The notes under the pieces were generated by a model, which did no database searches, was not told the DNA's origin, and worked only from the letters and a program-made list of their open reading frames with translations. Position numbers and translations under genes: made by a program. This document shows, piece by piece, positions 20,036 through 34,697 of a stretch of DNA of 64,000 nt; the stretch's first letter is position 1, and every line of letters starts with the position of its first letter. Source of the DNA: the human T2T-CHM13v2.0 reference genome, Homo sapiens; the NCBI RefSeq assembly GCF_009914755.1, contig NC_060932.1; one strand, written 5' to 3'.

Positions 20036-20330
20036 TTTTTTTTTTTTTTGAGATAGAGTCTCGCCCTGTCACCCAGGGTGGAGTGTAATGGCATGATCTT
20101 GGCTCACTTCAACCTCTGCCTCCTGGGTTCAAGCGATTCTCCTGCCTCAGCCTTCTGAGTAGCTGGGATTACAGGTGCCCACCACCACACCCAGCTAATT
20201 TTTGTATTTTTAGTAGAGATGGGGTTTCACCATGTTGGCCAGGCTGGTCTCAAACTCCTGACCTCGTGATCCACCTGCCTCAGCCTCCCAAATTGCTAGG
20301 ATTACAGACATGAGCCACTGGTACCCAGCC
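20036..20330 (-). mobile_element. Alu (AluSg-like) abutting the L1 5' end
   Basis: ggctggtctcaaactcctgacctcgtgatcc diagnostic. Confidence 0.92.
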
Positions 20331-20540
20331 GTAAGGAGAGGTCTTAAGAGAACTTAAAAACAGAAAATGTTAAGTGGTATGCTATTGTTTTATACTATTG
20401 AAACTGTCTTATAGGAAAGTATTATCTTTCTTTACCTTTGTCTGCACTTTTACCTCCTGCTTTCAGCTCCTAAAAATTATGTTAGATTAATCAAATAGGA
20501 TAAAAGTCTTATACTTTTAAGCTTACAATGCATTGTGGTA

Positions 20541-20805
20541 AAGTCAGCCCTCTGTCTCTGTAGGTTCCATAGTTATGGATTCAACCAAACATAGACCAAA
20601 AATATTCAGGAAAAAATAAACTAACAATACAACAATTTTTAAAATACACATTTTAAAATACAATATAACAATCATTTACATAGCATTTACATGTTATCAA
20701 GTATTACAAGTAATATAGAGATGATTTAAGTTATACTGTAGGATGGCACGGTTATATACAAGTACTACGCCATTTTTGTATAAGGGACTTGAGCATCCGT
20801 GGTAT
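20541..20805. mobile_element. MER2 (TcMar-Tigger) relic
   Basis: ggattcaaccaa...catagcatttacat...gtaatatagagatgatttaag...ataagggacttgagcatcc. Confidence 0.82.
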
Positions 20806-20906
20806 TCTCACTGCTTCTAATTATTTCATTAGGACATTCTCATGGGGACAGGATTCATAATATTCCCATGTCCCCAACCCAGCCTCTTTCTAAAAATACA
20901 TAGTTA

Positions 20907-21274
<368 letters not shown>

Positions 21275-21327
21275 TTACTGTAGCTAATGTGCTCTCTGCA
21301 TTTTTTTTTTTTTTTTTTTTTTTTTAG

Positions 21328-21611
21328 TATTTTCGTGTTCCAGACAGTGCTACTTTTAGCATTTGCCCAGGTGGAGAGCAGCCTGCTATGAAATCCAGCT
21401 CCCTTCCTTGCTGGGACTTGATGCCTGACATCAGTCAGTCAGTACTGGATGCATCCCTGCTTCAGAAACAGATCATGCTGGGCTTTTCTCCTGCCCCAGG
21501 TGCTGACAGCTCACAGTGCTGGAGCCTGCCAGCTATAGTTAGACCAGAGTTTCCCAGACAGAGTGTGGCAGTACCCCTCGGGAATTTCCGGGAAAATGGA
21601 TTCTGTACCAG
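21328..21611 (+). CDS. VPS13B: VPS13B coding exon (~52), 284 nt, phase 0-2: YFRVPDSATFSICPGGEQPAMKSS...ENGFCT(R)
   Basis: T25-ag|TAT acceptor; CAG|gtattt donor; overlaps ORF 21388..21630. Confidence 0.93.
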
Positions 21612-23489
21612 GTATTTTATGTTTATATAAATGTCTGTTCTTCTTTGCTTGTCAGTCTAGCTGTTCATCTAGATGCCAAGAGAGATACAATGGTCGCAGG
21701 GCTCCCCATATGTAATATTAGGCTTTATTTTTAATTACTTCTAGACATTGTATACAGTGGGTCAAGTGTTATAATCACATATGGCTTGTCCCAGCATACT
21801 ACTTAAGGGATTTTTCCCCATATGGAGCTTACGCTGGGGGGAAATGATGGTACTTGTACCACAGAATGTCATTATATGAAAAGATCATATGTATCATCAT
21901 ACAAATAGCATCGTATGAAAAGATCATATCATAATGAAAAAATTACCTGTTATGAGTTCTTAGCCTCCATAAAATTATAAGAAATAAGGGTTAAAATATG
22001 AGCAAGTCAAGTTGGAAGACCTTTTTCTTTTCCCATATTTTACTTTTACTTCAAAATGGAATTTTTCTCAAAAAAGTCATTAAGAGAGATAACTTAGATA
22101 AACACAAGTCACAGAAGACTCTGTTCTGTGGTCGTTCCTGCACGCAAGTTGCTCCAATTACCGATTACCAGTTATGCAAATAACAACCACAGACTCAAAC
22201 CAGAGACATATAATGGTTTGTTCATACTGGACTTCTATTATGTGGTTGTCTTGCATGTAAAATGTCCCTTCTGCAGCTGTCAAGAATAACTTAGTATATA
22301 TAACAGCTACAAAAGAAAACATATTGTGCCCTTATGATAAGTACCTTATTTTCATGATTATGAATTTGTAGACTTTATTTGAGATTTAGCAATGCTAACT
22401 CTTTTGATGTAATATTTTAAAAGACAAGAGAGATTTTTTTAATAGTAATATTTTAAATAAGTTATTCATAATGGTAAGGTTCTGTTCTCCACACATCCCT
22501 CCTTCGTTCACAGTATTCACAAAATCCTTGATTTTACAAACATTTGTCATCTTTTACACTGTAGAGGAGTGGTTATCCTTACATTCTGGTTGGAGATGTT
22601 AAGCATAGTGAGTTTAAGGGTGTTTTTTGAAAGCTATATGAACTTATAATAAATAAAACATTTTTTAAAAAACAAAATTTGAAACAAAACAATTTGGAAA
22701 TTAAGCTTAAAATTCTGATAATTACAGTATAATTTAATCTTATCTATAAATACTAAGCTAGATATTGGACAGAAAGTACCATACTTGAGTCCTGGCCCTA
22801 GCCTTCTTGGCTATCAAAAAGAAGTTATCTGAGTTTGGCTCGCCTAGCTGTTTTAAAATTAGGCTGGGAAAGGAACTTTGCTGTTTATCGAAGAACTATA
22901 CTCTTAAAATGAATTTATTTTGTGCTGTCCCATCTCCTCATCTATTTCCTTCCCTCAATCCAACCAACAGCACACATTAGATGGTGTGATTAATGTGCTT
23001 TTACCAAATGCTAATGGACCATTCACTTTGACATTTCACACAAATACAATCTTTGGGAAGTACTCACACTGGCAAATGAGATGGATGGCAAATGGAAGCT
23101 TTTTAGAGCATTATTGACCCCTTTTAGTCAGCTGAGGGCCACATTTGGCAAATTGTCTGATTTCTTTGATTAATTTTGGCAATCATTCTATGTAATTTAG
23201 GCTTCAGAGTAATTTCATTTTCCTGCTTCAAAGAAATATTCTTTGTGGTAGTCTGTAATCTAAATAGGAAAATTTCTCTCTCTTCATCACAGAAGGCAAC
23301 CTTTACTCACACAGCTGGTTTTCTAGCTCCAAATAATACAGCTTTGCTCCTGCTAATCAAAATGTACATTTTTTAAGGTGTGATGGGCTTGTGGAAATTG
23401 ACAGCAAACATTATCAGCCTGCCTACCTCTAGAAAAAAAAGAGCAAGCACCCAAATTCTCTAGTAGTCCTTTTAAAAGAAGGTCAGCTC

Positions 23490-23817
23490 TTATTTTTATT
23501 TTTTATTTTTTTTGATACAGGGTCTTGCTCTGTCACCCAGGCTCGAGTGCAGTGGCACAAACACGGCTCACTGCATCCTCAACCTCCCAGGCTTAAGCCA
23601 ACCTCCCAGGCTCCAGCCATCCTCCTCCCACCTCAGCCTTCCAAGTAGCTGGGACCACAAGTGTGCACCACAGCACCTGGCTAATTTTTGTATTTTGCTG
23701 TAGAGATGGGGTTTTGCCCTTTTGCTGAGGCTGGGCTTGAACTCCTGGGCTTAAGCAATTCTCCTGCCTTGGCTCCCAAAGTGCCGGGATTATAGGCGTG
23801 AGCCACCATGCACAGCC
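23490..23817 (-). mobile_element. Alu (AluJ-like) with internal ~19-nt tandem duplication
   Basis: aacctcccaggcttaagcc aacctcccaggctccagcc. Confidence 0.92.
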
Positions 23818-24155
23818 TACCAAGCACTTTTAAGGAAGAAGAAAGTACCCTGCCTGGCGAAGGAGTTTAACACACATATGCATGGGGGAAGAAAAGAACA
23901 ACAGGAAATATTAGCACAAGGTTAGCTATAGTTCTCTCTGGGTGATAGAATTATTTTGTTTGCCTTTAAATATTTTTTCACATTTTATGAATATTATAAA
24001 TATGTTACTGTTATCAGAAAAGGAATCTCCCCTGAGTTATAAAACAGATATTTTCGAGTTCTGAATGTTGCAAATCTAAATAAACATGTTCCAGAGGAGA
24101 GAGCATTCATTTTTTTTCCTAAACATTTCTGTCATTTGACTTGATTCTCTTCCAG

Positions 24156-24283
24156 GGCTATAGTGCTGACATATCAAGAACACCTCGGAGTGACTTATTT
24201 AACCCTCTCAGAAGACCCTAGTCCTCGAGTAATTATCCACAATAGATGTCCAGTAAAAATGCTTATAAAGGAAAACATTAAAG
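24156..24283 (+). CDS. VPS13B: VPS13B coding exon (~53), 128 nt, phase 2-1: AIVLTYQEHLGVTYLTLSEDPSPRVIIHNRCPVKMLIKENIK
   Basis: ctcttccag|G acceptor; AAG|gtatgt donor. Confidence 0.93.
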
Positions 24284-24497
24284 GTATGTTTTATACTATC
24301 GAATTTAGATAATACTAAATGTGTATTTTTTCTGGGATTTTTTGATTTAGTAGTTACCTGTGATCCTGTGAAAAAAATATTTAAATAAAAGCATTAATGA
24401 TCTCTTTTTGAGAAGTTTCTTTTGCCACATTATGTTCTGTCCCCCAAGTCTCTGTCTTTAAGGGCTAATTCTGCATATGCCTTTTTTAAAATTTCAG

Positions 24498-24697
24498 ATA
24501 TTCCAAAGTTTGAGGTTTATTGCAAAAAAATTCCCTCCGAGTGCTCAATTCATCATGAGCTGTATCATCAGATTTCCAGTTATCCGGACTGCAAGACCAA
24601 AGACTTACTTCCAAGCCTACTTTTGAGAGTTGAACCTCTAGATGAAGTAACAACTGAGTGGAGTGATGCCATTGACATCAACAGTCAGGGAACACAG
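24498..24697 (+). CDS. VPS13B: VPS13B coding exon (~54), 200 nt, phase 1-0: (D)IPKFEVYCKK...WSDAIDINSQGTQ
   Basis: atttcag|AT acceptor; CAG|gtcagt donor; WSxxIDI resembles the motif closing VPS13 VAB repeats. Confidence 0.93.
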
Positions 24698-25243
24698 GTC
24701 AGTGAGCCATGTGTTCCTGCCAAGACCCAAAGAAAAATGCCCTTTTCTGAGGTTTTGTCAGTTGCCTATTTTTAAACATAATTTTCTAAATGCTGAACAT
24801 CTTTTCTCTGTGTGAGAGAACATGTGTATCCATTTTTACGTCCTCATTAAGTTATAAATTCTCAAACTCAAGTATGTATCTGCAAAGTAGACTACACAAT
24901 CATTGACTAGAGAGGAGCACTAGTAAAAGCAGGCCCATCTTGGATCTAATCCAAGGTTGAAATGGAAATCAAATTGTTAGGCTTATTTAGATAGAACATA
25001 GTTCAGCTGTACAGATTTTAGTACAGTCATAATACAAATCCTCTTTTGTGTGTTATTAGGATAAATATGTGTATTTTAAAATTAGTAATTTTAAAATTAG
25101 TAAAACCCCACAAATATAAGTACAGTTTTAAAAACCTGAGCAGATAAAATGTCTTGATTTGTTTCTGTCTTCGTCTGGATGTTAGTGATACTAATTTTGT
25201 TGAAAATGGCATAAGAACTTAGCATTTCCTTTCTTCTGGACTT

Positions 25244-25590
25244 AAAATTTACCATTTGTTAGTGTATAATTTAGTGACATTAAATATATTTATAGTGTTG
25301 TATAACCATCACCACTATTTCTGAAACTTCTTTATCATTTCAAACAGAAACTCTGTACCCACTAAGCAATAATTCCCCATTCTCCCCTCCTCCATCCCCT
25401 GGTAGCTCTCTTCTTCTTTGTCTCTGTCTCTATGAATTTGCCTGCTCTAAGTATCTCAGATAAGTAGAATCATAAAATATTCATCATTTTGTGTCTGGCT
25501 TATTTCACCTAGCATAATGTTCTCAAGTTTCGTTCATGTTTTAGCATGGATCAGAACTTCATTTGTTTTTATGAGTGAATAATATTGTGC
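25244..25590 (-). mobile_element. Old L1M 3' end fragment
   Basis: aaccatcaccact...aacagaaactctgtaccc...ctctatgaatttgcct...tgtctggcttatttcac.tagcataatg. Confidence 0.8.
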
Positions 25591-25709
25591 CATACTTTTT
25601 TAAAAAGTTCTTCCACATTTATTAGTTCATCTGGTCTTCACGACAAGCTTGTGAGGTAGGCTACTGTAATGGTTACAAACCATATATTAAAGTTACAAAT
25701 GCATTTACG

Positions 25710-25950
25710 GTAGTAATAATAATGGTTATCATTGAATAATCACTTACACCATACGAGGCATTGTGCTAAGCACTTTACATTCATTCTCATCTAACCTTGA
25801 CAACAGCCATACAAGTTAGTGACTATCATCTCCACGGAGGGAGAAGTAGAAACTAAGACCTCCAGAAGTACCTTGGTCTAATTTGCATGTAGTGGAAGCA
25901 AAAGGCCTGGAATTTTATCCAGTTTTGCCAGACTGCAAAGCCGGTGCTCT
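25710..25950 (-). mobile_element. MIR SINE
   Basis: aggcattgtgctaagcactttaca... Confidence 0.7.
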
Positions 25951-27486
25951 GAGCACAATGCATGCTGTTTCCTTACATGAAACCCCTTGGAACCCCTCTT
26001 TCCCAGTCCTCCTGGTGCATTTTTTCTCATCTCTCAAGATTTCATTAAAGCTCCTGTGAAGTGTATTTGTGAAATGTGGAATGACTGATCTGCTAAGGGA
26101 GAGAAGGAAAAAGAGAGGGGCCTGAGAAGAGCAGTAGCTGTGGAAACTGGTGAAGGGCCTGGCTGGAGACAGGGGAAGGGATGGTTGAGTGCACTGGAGG
26201 GCCACACTCACCCTGGAGACCTGCGTTTGTAGTGGCCACAAACTACTCAGGGGTGTGCTTTCTATCAGCTGTGTTCAGGGGCTGAACAGTGAAAACCCGC
26301 GGGATCTGTGCAGCCTCAGGAGATGCTCCCAGTCTCATTAATTTACAAAATAAATATTGCAAGCTTCTCAAGGGTCTCTGAACTCCCCTGCATGGGTTTG
26401 AAGATTTTTGAAATCTTGCTTATATTTGACTGGGGAATTCTTTACGATAGACATTCTTCCTGTCAAACCTTATTTTGGGGATTCCCATTCACTCTAAATT
26501 TCCTCAAAACTTTGTAGTCAGGGATACTTCAAAGCTAAGAGGAGGTGCTCTTTCCAACACCCTTATCATCTGTGGTTTGAGGACCCAGCAGTCTCATGTT
26601 CCCATTAATCTTTTAGGAGCTGTGTGCCATATGTCCTGCAGACCGTGGTTTACTTCCTACTCTGGAGGAAGATTTGTTTCAGACCCTCACCGACATCTCC
26701 TCAGTAATATCCCAGGGCATATAAATCACTGGGAAGCAAAAGGAGCTGTGTCCTCTGATGAAAGGAAGGAGCAGTCCTTCTGGAGGAGGGAGTTTGTCTT
26801 CCAGGAACCTTCCTCAGCCATTGGTCTGTGAATTTCAAAGCTGACCTAAACAAGCAAAATCAAAACACCATAAAATGCCCATTATGCTGCAAGGAAGAAA
26901 ACTCCTTTAACTTTTTTCAGTCAAGCCCTCTGCTTCCATTGTATAAATAAGATAGTCTCGTGTTGTAGAATTTTGAAATGGATTGCATGAGGAAATATGC
27001 ACATAGGAGTTGTATACTCTCACAGAGTATTCTTTGGACCAACAGTTATTGAGAAGACCTGCTAACATGTAGGCTGCAGAATACCGATTGTGAAGTTGCT
27101 GTGGGCTTTCTGTGGTTGAATCCCTGGCTCACACCTAGTCAGGAGACATCTCATGGTTATTCAACCAGAGACCTGAAGGTGGCACCTGGTGCTCATACCC
27201 ATGATTTGATAGTTAGTGGTAGCCTGACTTTAGGACAAAAACAGTCTTTAGGTGCTCAATAAATAAAGTCATAAAAGTAAGTTTACACCAATAATTTTAA
27301 GTCATAATTTTGATCCTACCAGGAAAATAGTTCAGACTCCTGTCATAGTGTATAGGATTTTAATTTCTGATACTCTGAAACCACTTTTGTCAGAATTAGG
27401 CAACATTATTTTGAAAAAGTCAAAATAAGGAACAAAGAAAACATAGTAGTTACCACTTAACTACCAACAACATTGAGAAGCCTGCT

Positions 27487-28030
27487 TCATTCATTCAGTC
27501 AACAAATACTGAGTTTCTAACATATGCCAGACATTATAACTTGGTACTGGCACCATGTAAAATATACTGAACAAAAATGTAGCACAGCCCCTGCCCTCAA
27601 GTTTACCTGTGGAGGAGATAGATAATAAGCAAGTAATTGCACGGGTAGTTGTATTATAAGCACTACAAAGAGCTATGCAGGAAAGGTACAGTTGTGCTAT
27701 GTGGGTGTACAGCAGACAAGTTTGAGAGGTCAAGGAGGGTGTCTCTTACTGAGAGACCTTGCCTCTGTGCCTTCAAGGTGAACAGGCACTCCCTAGGCAA
27801 GAGAGTAGGGAATCTTTCCAGGTAGAAAGAGCAATGTGTTTGAAGCTTCAGTGTTCAGAGGGCACGTGGTCCTTTCAGGGAACTAAATGCCAGTGCGGCT
27901 GTAGCGCCAAATGACAGAGGGTCGGAGAGAGGGCTGGTGAGGCGATGAGAGACCAAACCTGGCAAGGCCCCGTAGGTCCTATCAAGGATTTTGGTTTTGA
28001 TCTTAAGAGTCATGGGAAGTCATTGCATTG
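27487..28030 (-). mobile_element. L2 LINE 3' fragment
   Basis: Starts cattcattcagtcaacaaata.tgag...tgccagaca (reverse of the L2 tail). Confidence 0.78.
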
Positions 28031-28669
28031 TTTATGAAAAGTACTTGCTGAGCCACTGAACTGCAAAGAATGAGTAGTTTGAACCCCAGAAAGTGAATTA
28101 AAATGACCCCTTTGCAGGTAAATTCCCTTCTGAAAAGATCCAGTAAATTCTCATGATCTTTGACTCTTAGCAGACATTCGTAGTCGGGTCAGTGTCACTG
28201 CTGTTTCTTCGCAAATGGATTGTTTTGTGGGGAGGAGAGAATGACAGTCCTTCATGTTTCTACAGCTCTGTGCCATTTACCAAGTGTTTTCACAGGCACA
28301 GTCTCCATTCTTTTATTCATTTGTTCAAACTTTTACTGAGGACCTATCAGGTGCCAAACCCTTTGCCCTAAATAAGGCACAATTCCTGCCTTCAAAGACT
28401 TGAATAACCAATAAATGCAGTAAAGGGAAGATAAAGCCTTTGATCACTGCAAAAATTCTAAGGGCAATAAGTTTTATGTCTATTTACTGATGAGAGATTT
28501 GAGGCTTAAAGAGTAATCAGCTAGGTGACTTGCAACTAAGCAGGAGCAAGCCGGAGCCTAAATCTGCTCCCATGTGGTCTAGTCCTGTTTTTCCTACACC
28601 AGGCTCAAGCCACTGTCTGTCCTCTGAAGTCTTGCCTTGGCTACAAATAGTAGCTGCCTGAAAGTTCAT

Positions 28670-29690
28670 CAAAGCACAGGTTAGAAGAGATTTTCTGATC
28701 TCCGCATTCACCTAATGCAAGAATCCCTTCCATGACATCTCACCCCAGAAGGCTCCCAGTGTAATAGTCATTACTTATCCAGTGGTGGCTATGAGAAATT
28801 TTCTTCTTGTATCAATCTGAAAACTATTACTCTGTAGCATCCATTCATTCATCTTTGTTTTGCCCTCTGGGACATCACAGATTGTTTATTTCCCCTCAAA
28901 TACAGCAACGCTACAATTATTTGAAGGCAGCTCCAACATCTTTCCTAAGTGTTCCCTTATCCAGGCCAAACATTTCTGGTTCCTTGAATCATTCCTTCAG
29001 TAAATGCAATTTCCACACCCATCACCACAGTTACCCTTGTGTGAACACTCTAGTGTGTTATGTTCCCTTTTAAAAATCTGGCAGCCGGAATTACACACAG
29101 TATTCCAAATGTGGTCTAACCAGCTATTAACTCCCTATGCTTCCATTAATAAAGTAAAAGATAGAGTTAGCTTTTTATTAATGAGTTCAGACTGTCTGTT
29201 ATTATTGAACTTGTGGTCAACCACATCCCCCAGGTCTTTATCATATGACTTGCTATACAGTTGACTTTTTGAACCCAAAGACAGGACTTTACATTTATCC
29301 CAAATAAATTAAGTCTTGTTGATATTGGCCTAGTCCAGCTTGTTGAAATCACTTTTTAAAAAATTGTGATGCTGTCATCTAACATATTAAGTATTCCTGG
29401 TAGCTTTATGTCATCCATAGATGTGGTGAGCGTGCATTCTACATGTTCATCCAGGTCATTAATAAATATGTTGAACAGGACAAGTTCATGGTTGACATAC
29501 TGCAGTGAATCATTAGACACTTCCCGAATGCATGGGGTCAATCAGCCAGACTCCACTCTCATCTAGCCCATGTTTCTTAAATAAGAAAATGCATCTAAAA
29601 TCACTTTTAAACTATACAGTATAAGATATTATCTACAAGAATATCAGAACATACTTTGTTAAGTGCCTTGATGAACCAGGACTCAAATGT
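28670..29690 (-). mobile_element. L3/CR1 LINE fragment with readable reverse-transcriptase motif
   Basis: ORF 29356..29541(-) VLFNIFINDLDEHVECTLTTSMDDIKL resembles CR1 RT (VLFNIFINDLDEGxECTLSKFADDTKL). Confidence 0.88.
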
Positions 29691-30149
29691 GTAATCTGTC
29701 CATTTGGTGCAGATCACACAGAGGTAACCTTGAACACTAAAGCTTAAAGCAGCAGGTAGTAATTTTCAGAGTTATGTCTACCCTCCAATTCAGGAATTTT
29801 TATAAAGAAAAAAAGTCAGTGCAGGTGAATATCTGATTTATAAAATGTGTAATGCAGGTATTTTGACTTCTTGCTTACTTCGCTCACCTTCCCAGTACTC
29901 CAGGGCACAGTCGAACAGATACCAGCAAGTTGGCACTGACTTCTGAATGTCTGCTAGGTACCCTGGTCTAGAGTCTCCTCTGTGTTTACAGTTTGTTCTG
30001 GCTGAGTCACAACTGTTTCCAAAGATACTCAGGAGTAGTGATTTCCCTAAGATGTTTTTCAAGAAGTATACAGTAGGAAAAATTACATCCAGAATATCCA
30101 CTGTTTTCTTTTCATCTCTGTCCAATCCTTCCTACCTTGATCAACTTAG

Positions 30150-31000
30150 AAATTCATCTTCCTTTCTTCTCTTGGATATCTAATTCACCTCATAGCTTTA
30201 GCTACTGCCTGTCACCCAGTCACTCCCAGAAATTGATCTCCGGGCCCCATATTACTCCCAGTGTACAAATCTGTGCTTCTGCCTACCCACTAGACATGTC
30301 AGCCTGAAAATCCTACAAGCATCTGAAATCAACACATCTGAAACCAAGATGATCATTTTTCTTACCCCAAGCCAGCTTCTTCTAGAGTCTCTGCATCAGT
30401 TAATGTCATCACTGTTTTCCCAGTACAAAAACCATAAATAAAATGGATTCAGATAATATTGAATGCCTGTTTTATCTCAAGCTCTCTAAAGGTATAGTCA
30501 TTAGTCCCTGTCACATCCTTTAAAAGTAGATGCTACCCAAAGCTCTGAGAGGTGAACTTGCTCAGGATAAATGGTCCTGGGATTCAAACCTGGGACTGTG
30601 TGGTTTCCCAGCCTACCTTCTGCCTACTGCTTCTCAGTGTCTTCCTTTCTCTCTGATCCTCCACACATCCAGTAGGCCACCAGCTTCTATCAGAAATATC
30701 TCAGAAACGTCTCTGGAATCTGCCCCTTTCTTCTGTGACTGGGGTCTGCTTCAGGCCTTTGGTTCATCATCTCCCTCCCAGATTTTAGCCATAGCGCCTT
30801 AATAGGTCTCTCCATTGTCAGCCTCTCCAACCTCAAGTCTCTCTCTGTAACTAACCCCCAAATGATTCCTAAGACACAGACTCCAGCCCAGAGAAGAGAA
30901 CCCAGTCCACCAGGTTGCTTAAAACAGACCTCCACCTGAGACCAATCAGGCCCCGTCTCACTCCTGTTCCCCCTCTACAGGCCAGGGCTCAATCACCTCT
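30150..31000 (+). mobile_element. L2 LINE fragments with an intervening MIR piece
   Basis: gcatctgaaatcaacacatctgaaacc... Confidence 0.6.
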
Positions 31001-31286
31001 TCCCGCCTTTCAAAGTCTAAGTCTATAATTCTTCCATAGCATGGTTTCCTAGTTAAGATACTCTTTTACAAACCACATATATAGAGATATCAGTAGTACA
31101 TTTTAAATTTATTCCTTCCCAAAATGGGAGATGATATTTTTTGTAAGAAATGACTTTTAGCCCAAAGTCAGCTGCACAAATAAAATGCCTAAGTAGCATA
31201 TTTTCAGATCAGTTTAGACATATCAACTTGCAGCAAAAGATGAGTGTGATACTATCTGCAACTTAAATGTTCAAAAGTAGGGAGAC

Positions 31287-31594
31287 TAGGTGCAATGGCT
31301 TATGCCTATAATCCCAACACTTCAGGAGGCTGAGGCAGGAGCATCACGTGGGGCCAGGAGTTTGAGACCCATCTGGGCAACATAGCAAGAACCCCTGTCT
31401 CTACAGAAATTAAAAAAAAAAAAAATCACCAAGCGTGGTGGTGCACACCTCTATTCCCAACTACTCAGGATGCTAAGGTGGGAGGATCACTTGAGCCCAG
31501 AAGTTGGAGACTGCCTTGAGCTATGATCACGCCACAGCATTCCGGCCTGGTTAACAGAGCAAAACCCGTCTCTATTTTTTAAAAAAACAAAAAA
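31287..31594 (+). mobile_element. Alu (AluJ-like)
   Basis: Diverged full dimer. Confidence 0.9.
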
Positions 31595-31828
31595 CTTCCC
31601 ACTATTTTCTTTGTCACCTTGTAATTAATTTACTTAGTAAAATTGTTATAATTCTAAAAAATTTGTTACATATAAATAATCATTCAAATAAAGATAACTG
31701 AGTACATAGAAAAGCAGAAGTTATATTAAAATGCTTCTTGTTAGTAATTGTGGTAGAAGATATTGTACTAAGTAGAAACCAGTATCCAGGCCTCAAATGG
31801 TTTTCTTAGACCTAACATATGTATGATG

Positions 31829-32130
31829 GGGCTGAGCACAGAGACTTATGCCTGTAATCCCAGCACTTTGGGAGATTAAGACAGGCAGATTGCTTGAGCC
31901 CAGGAGTTTGAGACCAGCACGGGCAACATGGCAAAATTCTGTTGCTATGAAAAATACAAAACTTAGCTGGACATGGTGGCAAACGCCTGTAATCCCAGCT
32001 ACTCAGGAGGCTGAGGTGGGAGGATCACCTGAGCCCAGGGAGGCGGAGGTTGCAGTGAGCCATGATCGTGCCACTTCACTCCATCCTGGGTAACAGAGTG
32101 AGACTGAGACCCTCTCTCAAAAAATAAATA
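31829..32130 (+). mobile_element. Alu (AluJ-like)
   Basis: Full dimer. Confidence 0.9.
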
Positions 32131-33110
32131 TGATAGTGTCTTGCTGACTGAAGTGCTCTAACACAGATTCAAATGGCAAAACGGTGAGTCTCTTAGTATA
32201 TGTCACCTAGAGCCTTCCATGCCACCCCACCTCACCCTACTAGTGAAGAAAGTAAAAAGAACCAAATGATGGCATTGATCAGGACTGGCCGGGTTATTCT
32301 GTGATAACAAACAGCTGAAAAAAAAATCCCCTTGGCCATCAGTCATTAATTATTTTTTTCCCCACACACAGAACAAATCTTCCCCGCAAGGTTGGAAGCA
32401 GTCACTCCATCACCCTTGAAGTCTAGCACTTCTAAGCGATGCTCAGTCTGTATGTGATGCCCTTTGATCTGGAGACCTATGGAATTACCTGCTCCCCCTT
32501 TCCCTGCTGTTTTATAGGACAGGGTAACAGTAATAACCCCTCCACTGTGGAAGGGGGAAGAATGAGAGACATACGGCAGTCTCTTGCCTATGGCAGTTCT
32601 GAATGTTTTCTGGGCACATATTGTGGGGTCTATACCCTGGCAGCAAGAAATCAGCTTTCACTGAGCACTGTTTCTAATCCTGAAGGAGCTCTTACCATTG
32701 TCCTTCAGGTTCCTGGCTCCACCTTCTGGGAGATCTTCCTTGGACACTTGAAGTTTGTGTTTCATCTCACATAATCACAGTCTCTTTTACTCCAGGTTTG
32801 TAAGTATATAGGGCAGTGGTAATTTCTCAACTCAGTAGACTTCTTACCTATTTGGTTCCAGAAAATTCCCTGTGCCAGGAACCATATTCATGGTCCTTAA
32901 GACACATTTCTTTGCTTACTTGCTTCCTTCCTCTCTGGATTTAAGAGAGCTTCTACAGGAAAGTTATACCCTTGATTTACATTTTTTTCCAAGTCAATAT
33001 AACAGTTAAGTTTTAACAGTGAGTGTGTTGCCTATAGTCAGTCTTAAGGCTGAGTGTTAATCTGCCTTCGTGTTCAGAGGCTAAGTTTAGACCTTGCTAT
33101 TTGAGGCTTT

Positions 33111-33752
<642 letters not shown>

Positions 33753-34697
33753 GGTTTAAAATTATTTCTAACTTTGCAAGGTTCTACATTTCTGGAATCT
33801 CTCTATTATCTTCCATTTTTATTTGCAACCTGGCCAATTCTTTCCTGAGCTCATCTCTTCATAAAACAAAACGTAATGTTCCAGACACAGGCAACAGCAG
33901 CCAACATAACACCACTGATGCTTGGTTTTCAGACCTCATCTTCTAGAGCTACAGATTTATGAAGTTTATGATCTACCTCTCAAGTCATCTCAAGCAACAG
34001 TTTTACTGAATATCTTACCACTTCAAAACATATATGCCCATTTTTATAGCTTTCAATATCGATTTCTACTGTCTGACCATTAAGCCAGGGTCTCCTGTTG
34101 TAGGATTTTGCTAGAACACTACTTCTATCAACAATATCTATATTAGTAGTATAAGCTCAGTTATGCTGCCTATCATAAGCCTAGAACTTACCTCTTGTTC
34201 ATGCTAAATGCCTAGTGTGTGTCCTCAGGGGGTTTTGTTCTACATGGTCACTCAGGGACCCAGGTTGAGGGAAAGTCCATCATCTCGTATCTTCCCCCTT
34301 GTAACTAACCACCCCAAAACCTACTGGCTTAAAAGAAGAATGATTAACAACTTCTCAAGATTCTGAGGAAGTGGCCAAGTGACTTTTCTGCAGGATGAGC
34401 CTGGGATCACTCGTGCATCTGCATTCACCTAGAGAGTTGGCTGAGGTATGGGTGCAGCTGGGAAGTCTGGGTGTCTCTCTCACCATTCTGTCTGTCCTCC
34501 TTAAGGAGGCTAGCCCAGGGTGGCAAGCAGGAAAACCCCAATAAGCAAGCTGTATCAAGCTTCTTACTTGCTGATGTCATGTTAGCTGAAGAAAGTCGCA
34601 TAGCCACGCCCAATGTCAGTATGGGAAGGTACTACACAAGGGCATGGATACTGGGATGTACAATTCATTGTGCAACAGTCTTCCACAGCTATCTAGA

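Noticed and set aside
29356-29541. Stand-alone reverse transcriptase gene
   Set aside because: Short CR1/L3 fossil segment with a mutated catalytic motif and frameshifted flanks
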